This document shows, one piece after another, positions 10,234 to 19,390 of a DNA stretch of 55,309 nucleotides. The notes beneath the pieces are model-generated. The model ran no database searches. It saw nothing but the letters and a program-made list of their open reading frames with translations, and was not told the DNA's origin. How positions within the stretch are numbered: the first letter of the stretch is position 1; each line of letters starts with the position of its first letter. The translations under genes and the position numbers were made by a program. This DNA is from an uncultured Actinomycetota bacterium. Its GTDB lineage: Bacteria; Actinomycetota; Humimicrobiia; Humimicrobiales; Humimicrobiaceae. The DNA is taken from NCBI GenBank assembly GCA_964423265.1, contig CAYREF010000007.1, forward strand, positions 1 to 55,309. Reading direction: 5' to 3'.

Positions 10234-10956
10234 TTAATTTTTGTTTTGAATTTTATTTTTTGAAATTAAGTTAAAGTTCCTCTTAACAAAATTAATATGG
10301 TCTTTTAAGCTTCCCACAGCCTTTTTTTTATCTCTGTTTTTTATACCTTCAAATATTTTTTTGTGGTCATTATAAGTATCTACCATAACTCCTGGTATTT
10401 CAGTAGTGTCAATTAAAATTTCAGAAATACTATATTTTAATAAAGGAAAAATTACATCAAAATAATTTTTTATAACTTCATTGTTAGTAGATTCTGCTAG
10501 CTTATTATGGAATTCATAATCCAGTTTTACAAATTGTTTTTTGTTTTCTTTTTCTACATAAAATTTCGTCAGTTCCAAATTTTCCCTTAAATTATCTATA
10601 TCCTCCGGTGTAGCATTGTCTATTGCTATATTAACCACAATAGTCTCAAAAATTTCTCTAAATTCTAACAAGTCTGGAATTAGCTTATCATCTGGCCTAT
10701 ATATTAACCTGGCTGGATTAAAAAAAGAACTTAGTGAAAAGTCCTTTATAAAAGTTCCAATTCCAGGTTTTACCTCAAGAATATCAACCAACTCTAACGC
10801 TTGCAATGCCTCCCTGACACTTCCCCTTCCCGTATTATATTTTTTACAAAGTTCCTTTTGGGATGGAAGTGCCTGACCTGAGGTTAGGTTGCCTTCTTTA
10901 ATATCTTCTAATATGTTGTCTATAATTACTCTTGGAGTTTTTTCTCTTTTAGACAT
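10234..10956 (-). CDS. FadR/GntR family transcriptional regulator
   Basis: wHTH (LPSQKEL...GRGSVREALQAL...PGIGTF) plus FCD domain (D.EFH). Start moved to ATG 10956 (10968 also possible) because the ORF-track TTG at 11016 is the -35 box of a promoter. Confidence 0.9.
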   Translation of the reverse strand: MSKREKTPRVIIDNILEDIKEGNLTSGQALPSQKELCKKYNTGRGSVREALQALELVDILEVKPGIGTFIKDFSLSSFFNPARLIYRPDDKLIPDLLEFREIFETIVVNIAIDNATPEDIDNLRENLELTKFYVEKENKKQFVKLDYEFHNKLAESTNNEVIKNYFDVIFPLLKYSISEILIDTTEIPGVMVDTYNDHKKIFEGIKNRDKKKAVGSLKDHINFVKRNFNLISKNKIQNKN

Positions 10957-10987
10957 AATACCTATCATACCTGTAAAACTTCTTTCC

Positions 10988-11016
10988 AATATAATTAATA
11001 ATGAGGTTTTTGTCAA
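10988..11016 (-). promoter_or_regulatory. Sigma70/SigA-type promoter for the fadR-ABC-aor-uroD-like-fucI operon
   Basis: Minus strand TTGACA (11016-11011), 17 bp spacer, TATATT (10993-10988). Confidence 0.75.
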
Positions 11017-11022
11017 ACCTAT

Positions 11023-12024
11023 TTATGCCATCCCGGAAGAACCTCTTATTATTAACTCTGTTTTCAAAACTATGTTTTGAAAATTTGTTACCTTATCTTT
11101 TTTATCAATTCTTTCTATTAACAACTCTGTAGCAGTTTTACCTAAGTTATAAGTGGGCTGGCGTACACAAGTTACCGGAGGTTCGGCTATTCCACTCCAT
11201 TCGGGGTCATCAAAACCCACTATTGCTATATCCTCAGGAATTTTTAAACCCAACTGCTTTATAGTTTTTATAGCCCCCATAGTTATATCTAAATTAGCAG
11301 TAAATATTGCCTCAGGCCTGTTTCTTTCAATAAGTTCTTTGGATAGCTCCAATCCGCTCTTTTTTTTGAAAGTCCCGATTTTTATAAGATCATTATTTAC
11401 TTTTAAGCCAGCATCTTTTAAAGCACGCAAGTAGCCCTCTAACCTTTGTTTACCTGTGGTTCTGTCTACATAGCCGTTAATGATTGCAATTTTTTCATAC
11501 CCATTATCTATAAGATGCTTAACTGCCTCATAAGCTCCGTTAAAATTATCAACTATTACTGAATCACACTCAACAGAGTCAATTACCCTATCTATTAATA
11601 CTAAATTTGTTCCCGTTTTTAAAATATGGTTTATGTAATCTACAACTTTTCCAGTGGGGGTCAAAATTATTCCATCTACTCTATTGGAATTTAAGATTTT
11701 CAAATATTTTAATTCCTCACTGGAGTCATCATCCCCATTACATAAAATTATATTGTAGCCATATTTTTTTGCTGTATCTTCTACCGACTTTGCAATAACT
11801 GAATAAAAATAAGATAATACATTACCGACTATTACCCCGATAGTGTAAGTCTTTTGGCTTTTAAGGCTTCTAGCAATTGAATTAACTTCATAATTAAGGT
11901 CTTCAATTGCCTGTAGAACTTTTTCCCTTAATTTAGGGCTAACAAATTTATTATTATTTACAACAGCTGATACAGTTGCGCTAGAGACTCCAGCCTGTTT
12001 TGCTACATCTTTTTGTGTTACCAT
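11023..12024 (-). CDS. LacI family transcriptional regulator
   Basis: TQKDVAKQAGVSSATVS HTH, ARSLK hinge, IPEDIAIVGFDD and PVTCVRQP. Confidence 0.96.
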   Translation of the reverse strand: MVTQKDVAKQAGVSSATVSAVVNNNKFVSPKLREKVLQAIEDLNYEVNSIARSLKSQKTYTIGVIVGNVLSYFYSVIAKSVEDTAKKYGYNIILCNGDDDSSEELKYLKILNSNRVDGIILTPTGKVVDYINHILKTGTNLVLIDRVIDSVECDSVIVDNFNGAYEAVKHLIDNGYEKIAIINGYVDRTTGKQRLEGYLRALKDAGLKVNNDLIKIGTFKKKSGLELSKELIERNRPEAIFTANLDITMGAIKTIKQLGLKIPEDIAIVGFDDPEWSGIAEPPVTCVRQPTYNLGKTATELLIERIDKKDKVTNFQNIVLKTELIIRGSSGMA

Positions 12025-12034
12025 TATGTGCCAT

Positions 12035-12086
12035 CTATACGTTTAACTATACGTATAACTATATACCAATTTTTTTTCCATTGCAA
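12035..12086 (-). promoter_or_regulatory. lacI promoter with tandem CG-centred candidate operators
   Basis: TTGCAA (12086-12081), 17 bp, TATAGT (12063-12058). Immediately downstream are 12-bp tandem repeats CTATACGTTTAA / CTATACGTATAA (12035-12058), the second containing the palindrome TATACGTATA. Confidence 0.6.
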
Positions 12087-12110
12087 AATATTTTTATAAT
12101 TTATTCAAGA

Positions 12111-12671
12111 CTAATTGTTATCTTTTATGACTTTAGCAGGATTGCCCACAGCCAAACAATTCCCTGGAATAGAATCAAGCACCAGTGAATGGGCACCGAT
12201 AGTAGTATTGTTTCCGACCTTAACTGGTCCTAGAATTGTAACATTGGTATATAGATTAACATTGTCTCCAATCCTAGGATAACCTGGTTTCCCATGATGA
12301 AAAATAGAATGGCCCAACCCCCCTAAAACTACATTGGAGAATATACTAACGTTCTCCCCTATTTCTACCCCCCTGCCGATTATAACGCCTGCGGTATGCC
12401 ATATCCTACAGCCAGATCCTATTTTAGAACCAGGATCAATCTCTGCACCTGTAAATAGAAAATTAATTCTTGCACAAATTTCAGCTAGCAGCCTTAACTT
12501 TATTTTATATAATTTATGATAAAAACGGTAAAATAGTAAAGCTTGGACCCCCGGTTTAACTAGCAGCACCCTTATTGCGTCCCAAATACTTGGCCTACCC
12601 TTTATTGTTCCATATTTACTAAAAAGGCGCCTTATATCACCTGTAAGGCTGCCCTGTTTAGTTTTTTCCAT
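12111..12671 (-). CDS. cysE: Serine O-acetyltransferase-like hexapeptide-repeat acyltransferase (CysE/EpsC family)
   Basis: PGVQALLFYRFYH, TGAEIDPGSKIG, left-handed beta-helix repeats and AVGNPAK; the substrate loop is divergent, so specificity is uncertain. Confidence 0.65.
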   Translation of the reverse strand: MEKTKQGSLTGDIRRLFSKYGTIKGRPSIWDAIRVLLVKPGVQALLFYRFYHKLYKIKLRLLAEICARINFLFTGAEIDPGSKIGSGCRIWHTAGVIIGRGVEIGENVSIFSNVVLGGLGHSIFHHGKPGYPRIGDNVNLYTNVTILGPVKVGNNTTIGAHSLVLDSIPGNCLAVGNPAKVIKDNN

Positions 12672-12688
12672 TTTATTAACTATCTCAA

Positions 12689-13084
12689 CTATTTATTTAT
12701 ATATTTGAAAAGTAAGCTATGGAAATCTTTTTTATAAAATAATTTAATATTTATGTCAGGATATATTCTTCTCAAAGCCTTTATTTTTTGGTTTTTTTTA
12801 GTAACCAATTTCTGATTCATAGTGGTTAACTCAATAAAAAGGTCATAATCAGTTAAATAAAAATCAGGAGTAAAGCTTCTAGTGGTATTGTTTTCTTCGC
12901 CCCATTCTATTGGAAAGGTTCTTGGTTCGTATTTCCATTTTATCCTATAGAAATCCAGAATCTTTGCAAATTCCTTTTCGCTCTCATGTGCAAATTTTAT
13001 TTTTTCTGCATTTATAAATTTTGAATCCGGTTTATTAGCTTTATTTATATTATCTTTTATCTCAGGTTTCTTACCTTCTGTCAT
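12689..13084 (-). CDS. Conserved hypothetical protein, probable PD-(D/E)XK nuclease-like fold
   Basis: SE..FA..LD....W.YEP..F followed by FTPDFYL...FIELTT; start overlaps the upstream stop (ATGA). Confidence 0.7.
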   Translation of the reverse strand: MTEGKKPEIKDNINKANKPDSKFINAEKIKFAHESEKEFAKILDFYRIKWKYEPRTFPIEWGEENNTTRSFTPDFYLTDYDLFIELTTMNQKLVTKKNQKIKALRRIYPDINIKLFYKKDFHSLLFKYINK

Positions 13085-13581
13085 TCTTCTTTTTTAAAAT
13101 CCTCCGGATAAATATTATCAAGAAAGTCCTTAAACTTATCTACTTCTTCTTCAATTGACTGAATTTCCAGGCCCGCAGAGTCTAAAACAGATTCATCTGC
13201 ATATATCTCACAATCATTCCTAACCGCCAGTGCTATTGCATCCGATGGCCTGGAATCAATTTTTAATTCTTCTTTACCATTAAGCATTCTAATAATAGCA
13301 TAAAAAGTATTTTCCTTAATTTCTGTTATCTCTATTCTTTCTATCTTACATGCAAGCTTCTTTAACATATTTGTCATCAGATCATGTGTCATAGGTCTCG
13401 GAGTTTTTATATTTGAAACCTCTAAGGCAATAGCAGAAGCTTCAAAAGCTCCAATCCATATAGGCAGATAACGGTTCCCTTCCTCTTCTTTTAAAAGAAT
13501 GATAGGTTTTTGAGAGGGAACTTCTATCCTTACTCCCTCTAGGGACATCTTTATTAAATTTTTATTATTTTTTTTATTCAT
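13081..13581 (-). CDS. Bifunctional nuclease family protein (BFN, DUF151)
   Basis: LPIWIGAFEA, RPMTHDL and IDSRPSDAIALA. Confidence 0.93.
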   Translation of the reverse strand: MNKKNNKNLIKMSLEGVRIEVPSQKPIILLKEEEGNRYLPIWIGAFEASAIALEVSNIKTPRPMTHDLMTNMLKKLACKIERIEITEIKENTFYAIIRMLNGKEELKIDSRPSDAIALAVRNDCEIYADESVLDSAGLEIQSIEEEVDKFKDFLDNIYPEDFKKEE

Positions 13582-13669
13582 GGCAAAATAATGTTTGTCA
13601 ATTTTTAATAATTATAACACTTAATATGCTTTTATTATAGGTGTGCAAACAGCATAAAGCGAAGTTAGG

Positions 13670-14272
13670 TTATTTGGAATTCTGTTTGATGGACTCAATA
13701 TCCCGTTTTACCGCGTCAATTTTAAGCTCATAAATAGAATCAAGGTTTCTGTATTTCTGCTTATAATCAAGACCATAACCAACTATATATTTTTCCCCTA
13801 TATTAAACCCTTTATATTTTATATTAAGATTTGTCATTCTCCTGATATCCCGGTCTAGTAGAGTGCATATTTCAATACTTTTAGGGTACCTTGCTTTTAA
13901 GTTCCTCAGCAAATAACTAATGGTCAATCCCGTATCTATAATGTCTTCTGCGATTAATACATCCTTGTTTTCTATAGTTTCTTCAAGGTCTTTGGTTATC
14001 CTTACCACTCCACCACTAGTATCTGATATTCCATAAGTGGAAATGCCCATAAAATCAATGCTCAGTGGGAGATTGATTGCTCTAACCAAGTCTATCAGGA
14101 AAAAAACTCCTCCCCTTAATATGCTTATCACTAGCAGGTCCTTACCCTGATAATCTTTAGTTATTTCTTGGCCCAACTCCTCTATTTTTTCTTTTATTTG
14201 TGATCTTGAAAAAATAACCTTGCCAATTACTTTTAAATCTTCCGGTTCTTTTTTTAAATCTTTAATTTCCAA
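13670..14272 (-). CDS. hpt: Hypoxanthine phosphoribosyltransferase
   Basis: ILRGG, PRPP-binding VLIAEDIIDTGLT and VGYGLDY...YRNL. Confidence 0.95.
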   Translation of the reverse strand: MEIKDLKKEPEDLKVIGKVIFSRSQIKEKIEELGQEITKDYQGKDLLVISILRGGVFFLIDLVRAINLPLSIDFMGISTYGISDTSGGVVRITKDLEETIENKDVLIAEDIIDTGLTISYLLRNLKARYPKSIEICTLLDRDIRRMTNLNIKYKGFNIGEKYIVGYGLDYKQKYRNLDSIYELKIDAVKRDIESIKQNSK

Positions 14273-14281
14273 TGTTACTAA

Positions 14282-15439
14282 TTAATAAATTATCCTGTCA
14301 ATACTTTGAATCATTGATATCCAAGTAGTTCCCCTATTAAAAAGTATATCATTTCCTTCTAAGTCCTTGTACTCAAATGGCTCTGATATGCTGTTCCTGC
14401 TCCAAGTACCCTCTATTACTTTGCCATCCATGAAAAATAGCGCTTTCCCGCTATTGGTGGTTCTTACAATCATGTGTCCATCAGCATCACCAGAATTTGC
14501 AATATCGGTAACCATTACCACTATATTGTTTGCAGTTAATTGCTCACCTGTTTCCCTGTCCTCGTGGGGTACTCCGCCAAGAAACCTTAGATAAGTATTG
14601 CTTTCTTTGGCGTACTCGTAATCACACTGGTAATTTTCATAAGAAAAGTCTACCGTCACGTTTTCTATAGCTCCTCTCTCTGAGTTGGGTGCATCTAACT
14701 TAAAAATAAAGGGAGATTGACCGCCTTCCAAAGAAAACTCTAATCTCTTTGCATCTTCCTTCAATTGCAAGGTTGACATATACCCATTATGGGGTGCTTC
14801 CCTTGAAGAATCCCGCCAGTAGGATGCTTGGGCTGTAATCGAGCTATTTCCACTCTGGTCGCCTAAAACGCTTAACAGGTCCATATCCATATTTTCAATT
14901 ATCTTATAAGCTTTCGGGTATGTTCCCCAAAAACAATAAACAGGATCAAAACCCCTGGCAATTTCTGCATAATATTGCCTGGCACTCCTTACAGGACCTA
15001 TTGTTTCTGCATCATAAGAAGAATAGATGGCCACGAACCTGGTAACTCCCCCCTCATCAACTACTTCAAATATCACATCTGCAAGGTCTAAACCAGATTG
15101 CGGACGGGATTGGGGGCTATTTTCAACCATAATGGCAATAGGCCTGCTGTCATTTATTTCTTCTGATATCTGCAATCCTGATAAAATATTTATATTTCCA
15201 GTAATTATCTTTTTACTAATTTCACTTTCTTCTTGTTCCTCTTCTTCCTCCCCTTTACTTGGGGGAGCTTGTTCTTTTTCAGTATCGGTCTCTTCTCCTT
15301 CTTCTGTCTCCTGTTCTTCTTGCTTGCTTTCCTCTACAGCTTCCTCACCAGAACAGCTGCTTACTAAAAAGGAAAAAGCAACCATAACCACTAAAAAACT
15401 TATAATTAAAATTTTAACTTTGCTTCTGCCAAACTCCAA
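14282..15439 (-). CDS. DUF3048 (YerB-like) lipoprotein
   Basis: Signal peptide with Cys, acidic linker, RPIAIMVEN, RPQSGL..AD, EGGVTRF, GPVRSAR and APHN. Confidence 0.88.
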   Translation of the reverse strand: MEFGRSKVKILIISFLVVMVAFSFLVSSCSGEEAVEESKQEEQETEEGEETDTEKEQAPPSKGEEEEEQEESEISKKIITGNINILSGLQISEEINDSRPIAIMVENSPQSRPQSGLDLADVIFEVVDEGGVTRFVAIYSSYDAETIGPVRSARQYYAEIARGFDPVYCFWGTYPKAYKIIENMDMDLLSVLGDQSGNSSITAQASYWRDSSREAPHNGYMSTLQLKEDAKRLEFSLEGGQSPFIFKLDAPNSERGAIENVTVDFSYENYQCDYEYAKESNTYLRFLGGVPHEDRETGEQLTANNIVVMVTDIANSGDADGHMIVRTTNSGKALFFMDGKVIEGTWSRNSISEPFEYKDLEGNDILFNRGTTWISMIQSIDRIIY

Positions 15440-15461
15440 TTTTTAGAACCTCCACTTCATC

Positions 15462-16703
15462 TTATAAATAATATCTTTTCCTAAAAAAGAAATTTTTAAC
15501 CATTATAAATGCAAATATAAAAAAGTAAAACGATAATATAAAAATTAAGATTTTTTCTGTCTTTTCTTCTTTTTTGTCGGTAATCTTCTGTTCCATATAA
15601 GGGCTACTTACTGAATATCCAGAAATCAAAGGAATTTCTTCCACCTTACTGTCATTAATATATATTCCCATTTTACCCAGTTCCTTGCCTGCCGGTATGG
15701 GTAAATCAACACCTTCACTAACTTCATACTCATATACTATTTCATCTTTATTAGCATTAATTAAATCTGTATAACTTGCGCCCGTATACAAGCTAATGCC
15801 AACTGTATTTATTTCACCAACACTTATTTCTTTTGCCACTTTGCCCTCATCAACAATTTTTACATAACCATAATTTTCACTAATGTAATTTATAAGGTTT
15901 AGAGCATCCTGTTCCCTTTCCTTATAATCACTATTTAAAATTACCGATATAACCTCGATACTGTTTTTATCAGAATAGGTTACCAGGCAAAAACCCGCAT
16001 TATTAGTCAACCCTGTTTTTATTCCTTTAACAAAGCCAAGGGAAAGCAATTTATTAGTAGATTTTATTTCCACCTCTTTGTCGTTTATCTTGATAATGTC
16101 TTCTTTTGTATTTACAATATTCCTAAACATTTCATTTCCCATGCAATATTTAGCTATTATTGCCAAATCTTTAGCAGTTGACTTATGGTAAAGATAATTG
16201 GCATCCAGTCCGTTTGTGTTTTGAAAATAAGTGCTTTTTGCTCCAATTTCCTTTGCTTTCTTATTCATTAATTCTACAAATTTTTCTTCGCTTCCCGAAA
16301 TATGCTCAGCTAAAGCTATAGTAGCATTATTGTGTGAACATATTAGGGCTGCTTTCAGTAAATCTTTAAAGCTTATTGTGTCCCCTTCCTCAAAACCGAA
16401 AGCAGAGTGGTTCCTGCCAGCAGCATTTTTAGAAATCTCTACCATCTCATTATAATTTTTTACTTGCTCTATGGCTATAATAGCAGTAAGCATTTTAGTA
16501 GTACTGGCAGGATACATTCTCTTCTCTGCATTCTTCTCCCACAGTATTTCGCCACTGGTTGCTTCTATTGCTATTGCAGATTTTCCAATTATTTCCGGTT
16601 CACTTATTTCCTGTGAGTAGATGTTTGAGGGAAAGGAAAAAAATACAAAAAATGCAAAAAGAAATATTGCTAGGGAAATTTTTAGCGATTTATTTCTTAT
16701 CAT
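15462..16703 (-). CDS. D-alanyl-D-alanine carboxypeptidase (peptidase S11)
   Basis: PASTTK (SxxK), SHN (SxN), KTG; signal peptide and C-terminal TM anchor. Confidence 0.93.
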   Translation of the reverse strand: MIRNKSLKISLAIFLFAFFVFFSFPSNIYSQEISEPEIIGKSAIAIEATSGEILWEKNAEKRMYPASTTKMLTAIIAIEQVKNYNEMVEISKNAAGRNHSAFGFEEGDTISFKDLLKAALICSHNNATIALAEHISGSEEKFVELMNKKAKEIGAKSTYFQNTNGLDANYLYHKSTAKDLAIIAKYCMGNEMFRNIVNTKEDIIKINDKEVEIKSTNKLLSLGFVKGIKTGLTNNAGFCLVTYSDKNSIEVISVILNSDYKEREQDALNLINYISENYGYVKIVDEGKVAKEISVGEINTVGISLYTGASYTDLINANKDEIVYEYEVSEGVDLPIPAGKELGKMGIYINDSKVEEIPLISGYSVSSPYMEQKITDKKEEKTEKILIFILSFYFFIFAFIMVKNFFFRKRYYL

Positions 16704-17413
16704 TTATGCTTTTTAAGAAATTTTTTGTTCTTTTTTTTGACAAGTATTGAATGGAAATCTTTCAAAAAACTTTCTAAACTCTCAAGTACTTTTTTAGCTT
16801 TTTTATGTGAGCCTTTATTTGCAGACAATAACAAGGGAAGGACAATTTGTTGTATAAAAGATGCATGTCTGCTTGCAAAGTTATCAAATAATTTTAGGTG
16901 CCTGGCATGTATTCCATAATTCTCTAACTCTTTTATTATTTTAATTAGTTCAATATCCTCGCCACTTATAATTTTTTGCTCACCTTCTTCTTTTACCTCA
17001 ACTATATTGTATTCTATAAGCTCATTAATATAAGAAGATGGCAGCTTAAATTTTTCAACTACTTCTTCCAAAGTCAAGGATTTAGGCTTAAAATCTTTAA
17101 ACTCTTCGCCTAATTTTAACTGTATATCCTGTAACGCATTATTTTTTTCATCAATTTTCTTAAAATCTACTGTAGACAATTTTTCTTTTATAACCTCTAA
17201 AGGCATAAAGTATTCTTTTTGCATTTTTAGTATAAAATTAATCTTTTCCACATCTTCCCTGCTATAAATTCTATACTTATTGGAAGCCCTATCAGGATTT
17301 ATCAGTCCTTTAGATTCTAAAAACCTTAATTTACTTGAACTTATATCAGGGTATAAGGATTTTAGCTTTTTTACTAATTCTCCAATTGTTAGATAATTTT
17401 TTTCCGGACACAT
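16700..17413 (-). CDS. MerR family regulator (actinobacterial FtsR/Rv1828-like)
   Basis: LTIGELV..L...YPDISSSKLRFLE.KGL..P.R...YR.Y, a second HTH-like region and YGI.ARHLK; directly follows the FHA gene. Confidence 0.85.
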   Translation of the reverse strand: MCPEKNYLTIGELVKKLKSLYPDISSSKLRFLESKGLINPDRASNKYRIYSREDVEKINFILKMQKEYFMPLEVIKEKLSTVDFKKIDEKNNALQDIQLKLGEEFKDFKPKSLTLEEVVEKFKLPSSYINELIEYNIVEVKEEGEQKIISGEDIELIKIIKELENYGIHARHLKLFDNFASRHASFIQQIVLPLLLSANKGSHKKAKKVLESLESFLKDFHSILVKKKNKKFLKKHK

Positions 17414-17417
17414 ATTT

Positions 17418-17816
17418 TTAAGTCGTGAAATATAAAAAGATATATTTTCCTATTTGTATTTTATCGCCATTATTTAATGGAGAACTTTCAACCCTTTTGC
17501 CATTCACGTAACTCCCGTTTAAGCTCCCCTCATCCACCAGCTTTAGGTTGCCGCCTTCCTCTTTTATGGAGGCATGTTCTCTTGAAACAGTTATATCGTC
17601 TAAAAAAATATCCGAATTTGCATCCCGTCCTACTGTAACTGGTGGTTTTCCCAATATAAATTTCTCTCCTATATTGGGACCCTTAATTATCAAAAATCCC
17701 CTTGATCCTTTCGGGACATCCTTAATACTTTCTAGAATATTGCTAGAAACCTCTCCGCCAATTTCTACCTGGAGTTCTTTTATTGATTCTGTTTTTTCTT
17801 TTTTTTCTTTATCCAT
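17418..17816 (-). CDS. FHA domain protein (GarA/OdhI-like)
   Basis: GR...DIFLDDITVSR.HA, GSLNGSYVN and GDKIQIGKY. Confidence 0.92.
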   Translation of the reverse strand: MDKEKKEKTESIKELQVEIGGEVSSNILESIKDVPKGSRGFLIIKGPNIGEKFILGKPPVTVGRDANSDIFLDDITVSREHASIKEEGGNLKLVDEGSLNGSYVNGKRVESSPLNNGDKIQIGKYIFLYFTT

Positions 17817-17817
17817 T

Positions 17818-19275
17818 TTAATTATTTTCTAATGCTATTATATTATTTATTTTTTCTTTTACATAGTTTTTTAATAAATTAAAGAAACTTTTACTTACTG
17901 TTTCTATATAACATCTTATTAAAGGCTCAGTACCGGAAGGCCTAACTAGTAGCCAGGCTTTTTCTTTTTCAAATAATAATTTTACACCATCCTTAGAGTT
18001 AATGTCTAAAACTTTATTTTGGCCGATCTTTTTACCCTTCTGAGTGCTAAAATAGTCCATTATTTTCTGTTTCTTGTCCCCTGGTACTTCTATATCCAAG
18101 CGAATATTATAAAAAGTGCCAAACTTATTATATAGATCCTCCAGATAATCAGATAGATATTTTCCATTATATTCCCTGTTAAGAAATGACTGAATTTCAA
18201 TCATAAGCAAAATTGCAAGCAGTCCATCCTTTTCAGGTATATGTCCCTTTATGCTCAAGCCCCCGCTTTCTTCTCCGCCAATTAAAACATTTCCCTCAAG
18301 CATAGCTTTGCCGATATATTTAAAACCTACCGGGGTTTCCTTTATTTTAATTCCCTTTTCCCGGCAAATCTCATCAATTAAATGAGTGGTGGCTACAGTC
18401 CTCACTACCCTATCACCTTTTTCATACCTTCCTTTTTCAGCAAGGTAAAATAGTATGATAGCAATTGCATTATTTGGGCTTATATATACCCCTTTTCCAT
18501 CTATTATACCAAACCTGTCTGCATCACCGTCTAGGGCAACACCTATATCCAAACCGCTTTTTTTAATATTTTCTAACAATTTTTCCAAATTTTCTTCGGA
18601 AGGGTCAGGAAGCCTTTGGCCAAATAAAGGATCTCTCCAGTTATTTATAATCATAGAGTTTAGATTTAACTTTTCATTCAATATTAAGGGTAGAATTTTG
18701 CTTCCCGCCCCAAACATGGTATCAGCTGCAACCTTAGGCTTAGCTTGAATAATTAAATCCTTATCTATCATTTCCAATAATTTATTGATATAAGAAGAAT
18801 AATCCGAAATATGCTTTATTATTCCTTTAGTAGAGGGTTTTGGTCGCTTTTTAGCCTCTATTACTTTCTTCAGCTCCTGCTCAATTTTTCCTGTTACCGA
18901 AGTGTCTGCGGGACCGCCATAATCCGGTATAAATTTTATACCATTGTATTTCGGAGGGTTATGGCTAGCAGTAAACATTAATGCCCCGTCTAAGTCCATT
19001 TCTCTAACCATAAAGGCAGTAACTGGAGTGGGTACAGATACGCTGGAAATAAATACTTTCAACCCACATGAAGAAAGTATATCTGCTGAATGTTCTGCAA
19101 ATTCATCAGATAGGAACCTGTTGTCATAACCAATAAAAACTCCTCTTTTATCTAATGAATTTTTCACTAAATATTCTGCTATAGCCCTAGTTACAAAACC
19201 AACGTTTTTAAAAGTAAAATCGTCGGCAATTATAGATCTCCAGCCATCAGTTCCAAATTTAATATTGTTAGACAT
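17818..19275 (-). CDS. Phosphoglucomutase/phosphomannomutase family protein
   Basis: IKFGTDGWR, TASHNP, DGDADR, GEESGG and RPSGTEP. Start set at ATG 19275 (GGTGA upstream) because the longer ORF runs into the tRNA. Confidence 0.93.
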   Translation of the reverse strand: MSNNIKFGTDGWRSIIADDFTFKNVGFVTRAIAEYLVKNSLDKRGVFIGYDNRFLSDEFAEHSADILSSCGLKVFISSVSVPTPVTAFMVREMDLDGALMFTASHNPPKYNGIKFIPDYGGPADTSVTGKIEQELKKVIEAKKRPKPSTKGIIKHISDYSSYINKLLEMIDKDLIIQAKPKVAADTMFGAGSKILPLILNEKLNLNSMIINNWRDPLFGQRLPDPSEENLEKLLENIKKSGLDIGVALDGDADRFGIIDGKGVYISPNNAIAIILFYLAEKGRYEKGDRVVRTVATTHLIDEICREKGIKIKETPVGFKYIGKAMLEGNVLIGGEESGGLSIKGHIPEKDGLLAILLMIEIQSFLNREYNGKYLSDYLEDLYNKFGTFYNIRLDIEVPGDKKQKIMDYFSTQKGKKIGQNKVLDINSKDGVKLLFEKEKAWLLVRPSGTEPLIRCYIETVSKSFFNLLKNYVKEKINNIIALENN

Positions 19276-19299
19276 AAAATTCACCAAATTCATTAATAA

Positions 19300-19377
19300 T
19301 GGTCGGGACGAGAGGATTTGAACCTCCGACCCCCAGTACCCCATACTGGTGCGCTAGCCAAGCTGCGCCACGTCCCG
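19300..19377 (-). tRNA. tRNA-Pro (GGG), CCA encoded
   Basis: Reverse complement CGGGACGTGGCGCAGCTTGGCTAGCGCACCAGTATGGGGTACTGGGGGTCGGAGGTTCAAATCCTCTCGTCCCGACCA folds as a cloverleaf with anticodon loop ATGGGGT. Confidence 0.97.
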
Positions 19378-19390
19378 AAAACTAACCATT

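Noticed and set aside
19276-19344. N-terminal extension of the phosphomutase ORF in the track
   Set aside because: Runs into tRNA-Pro; homology begins at MSNNIKFGTDG.
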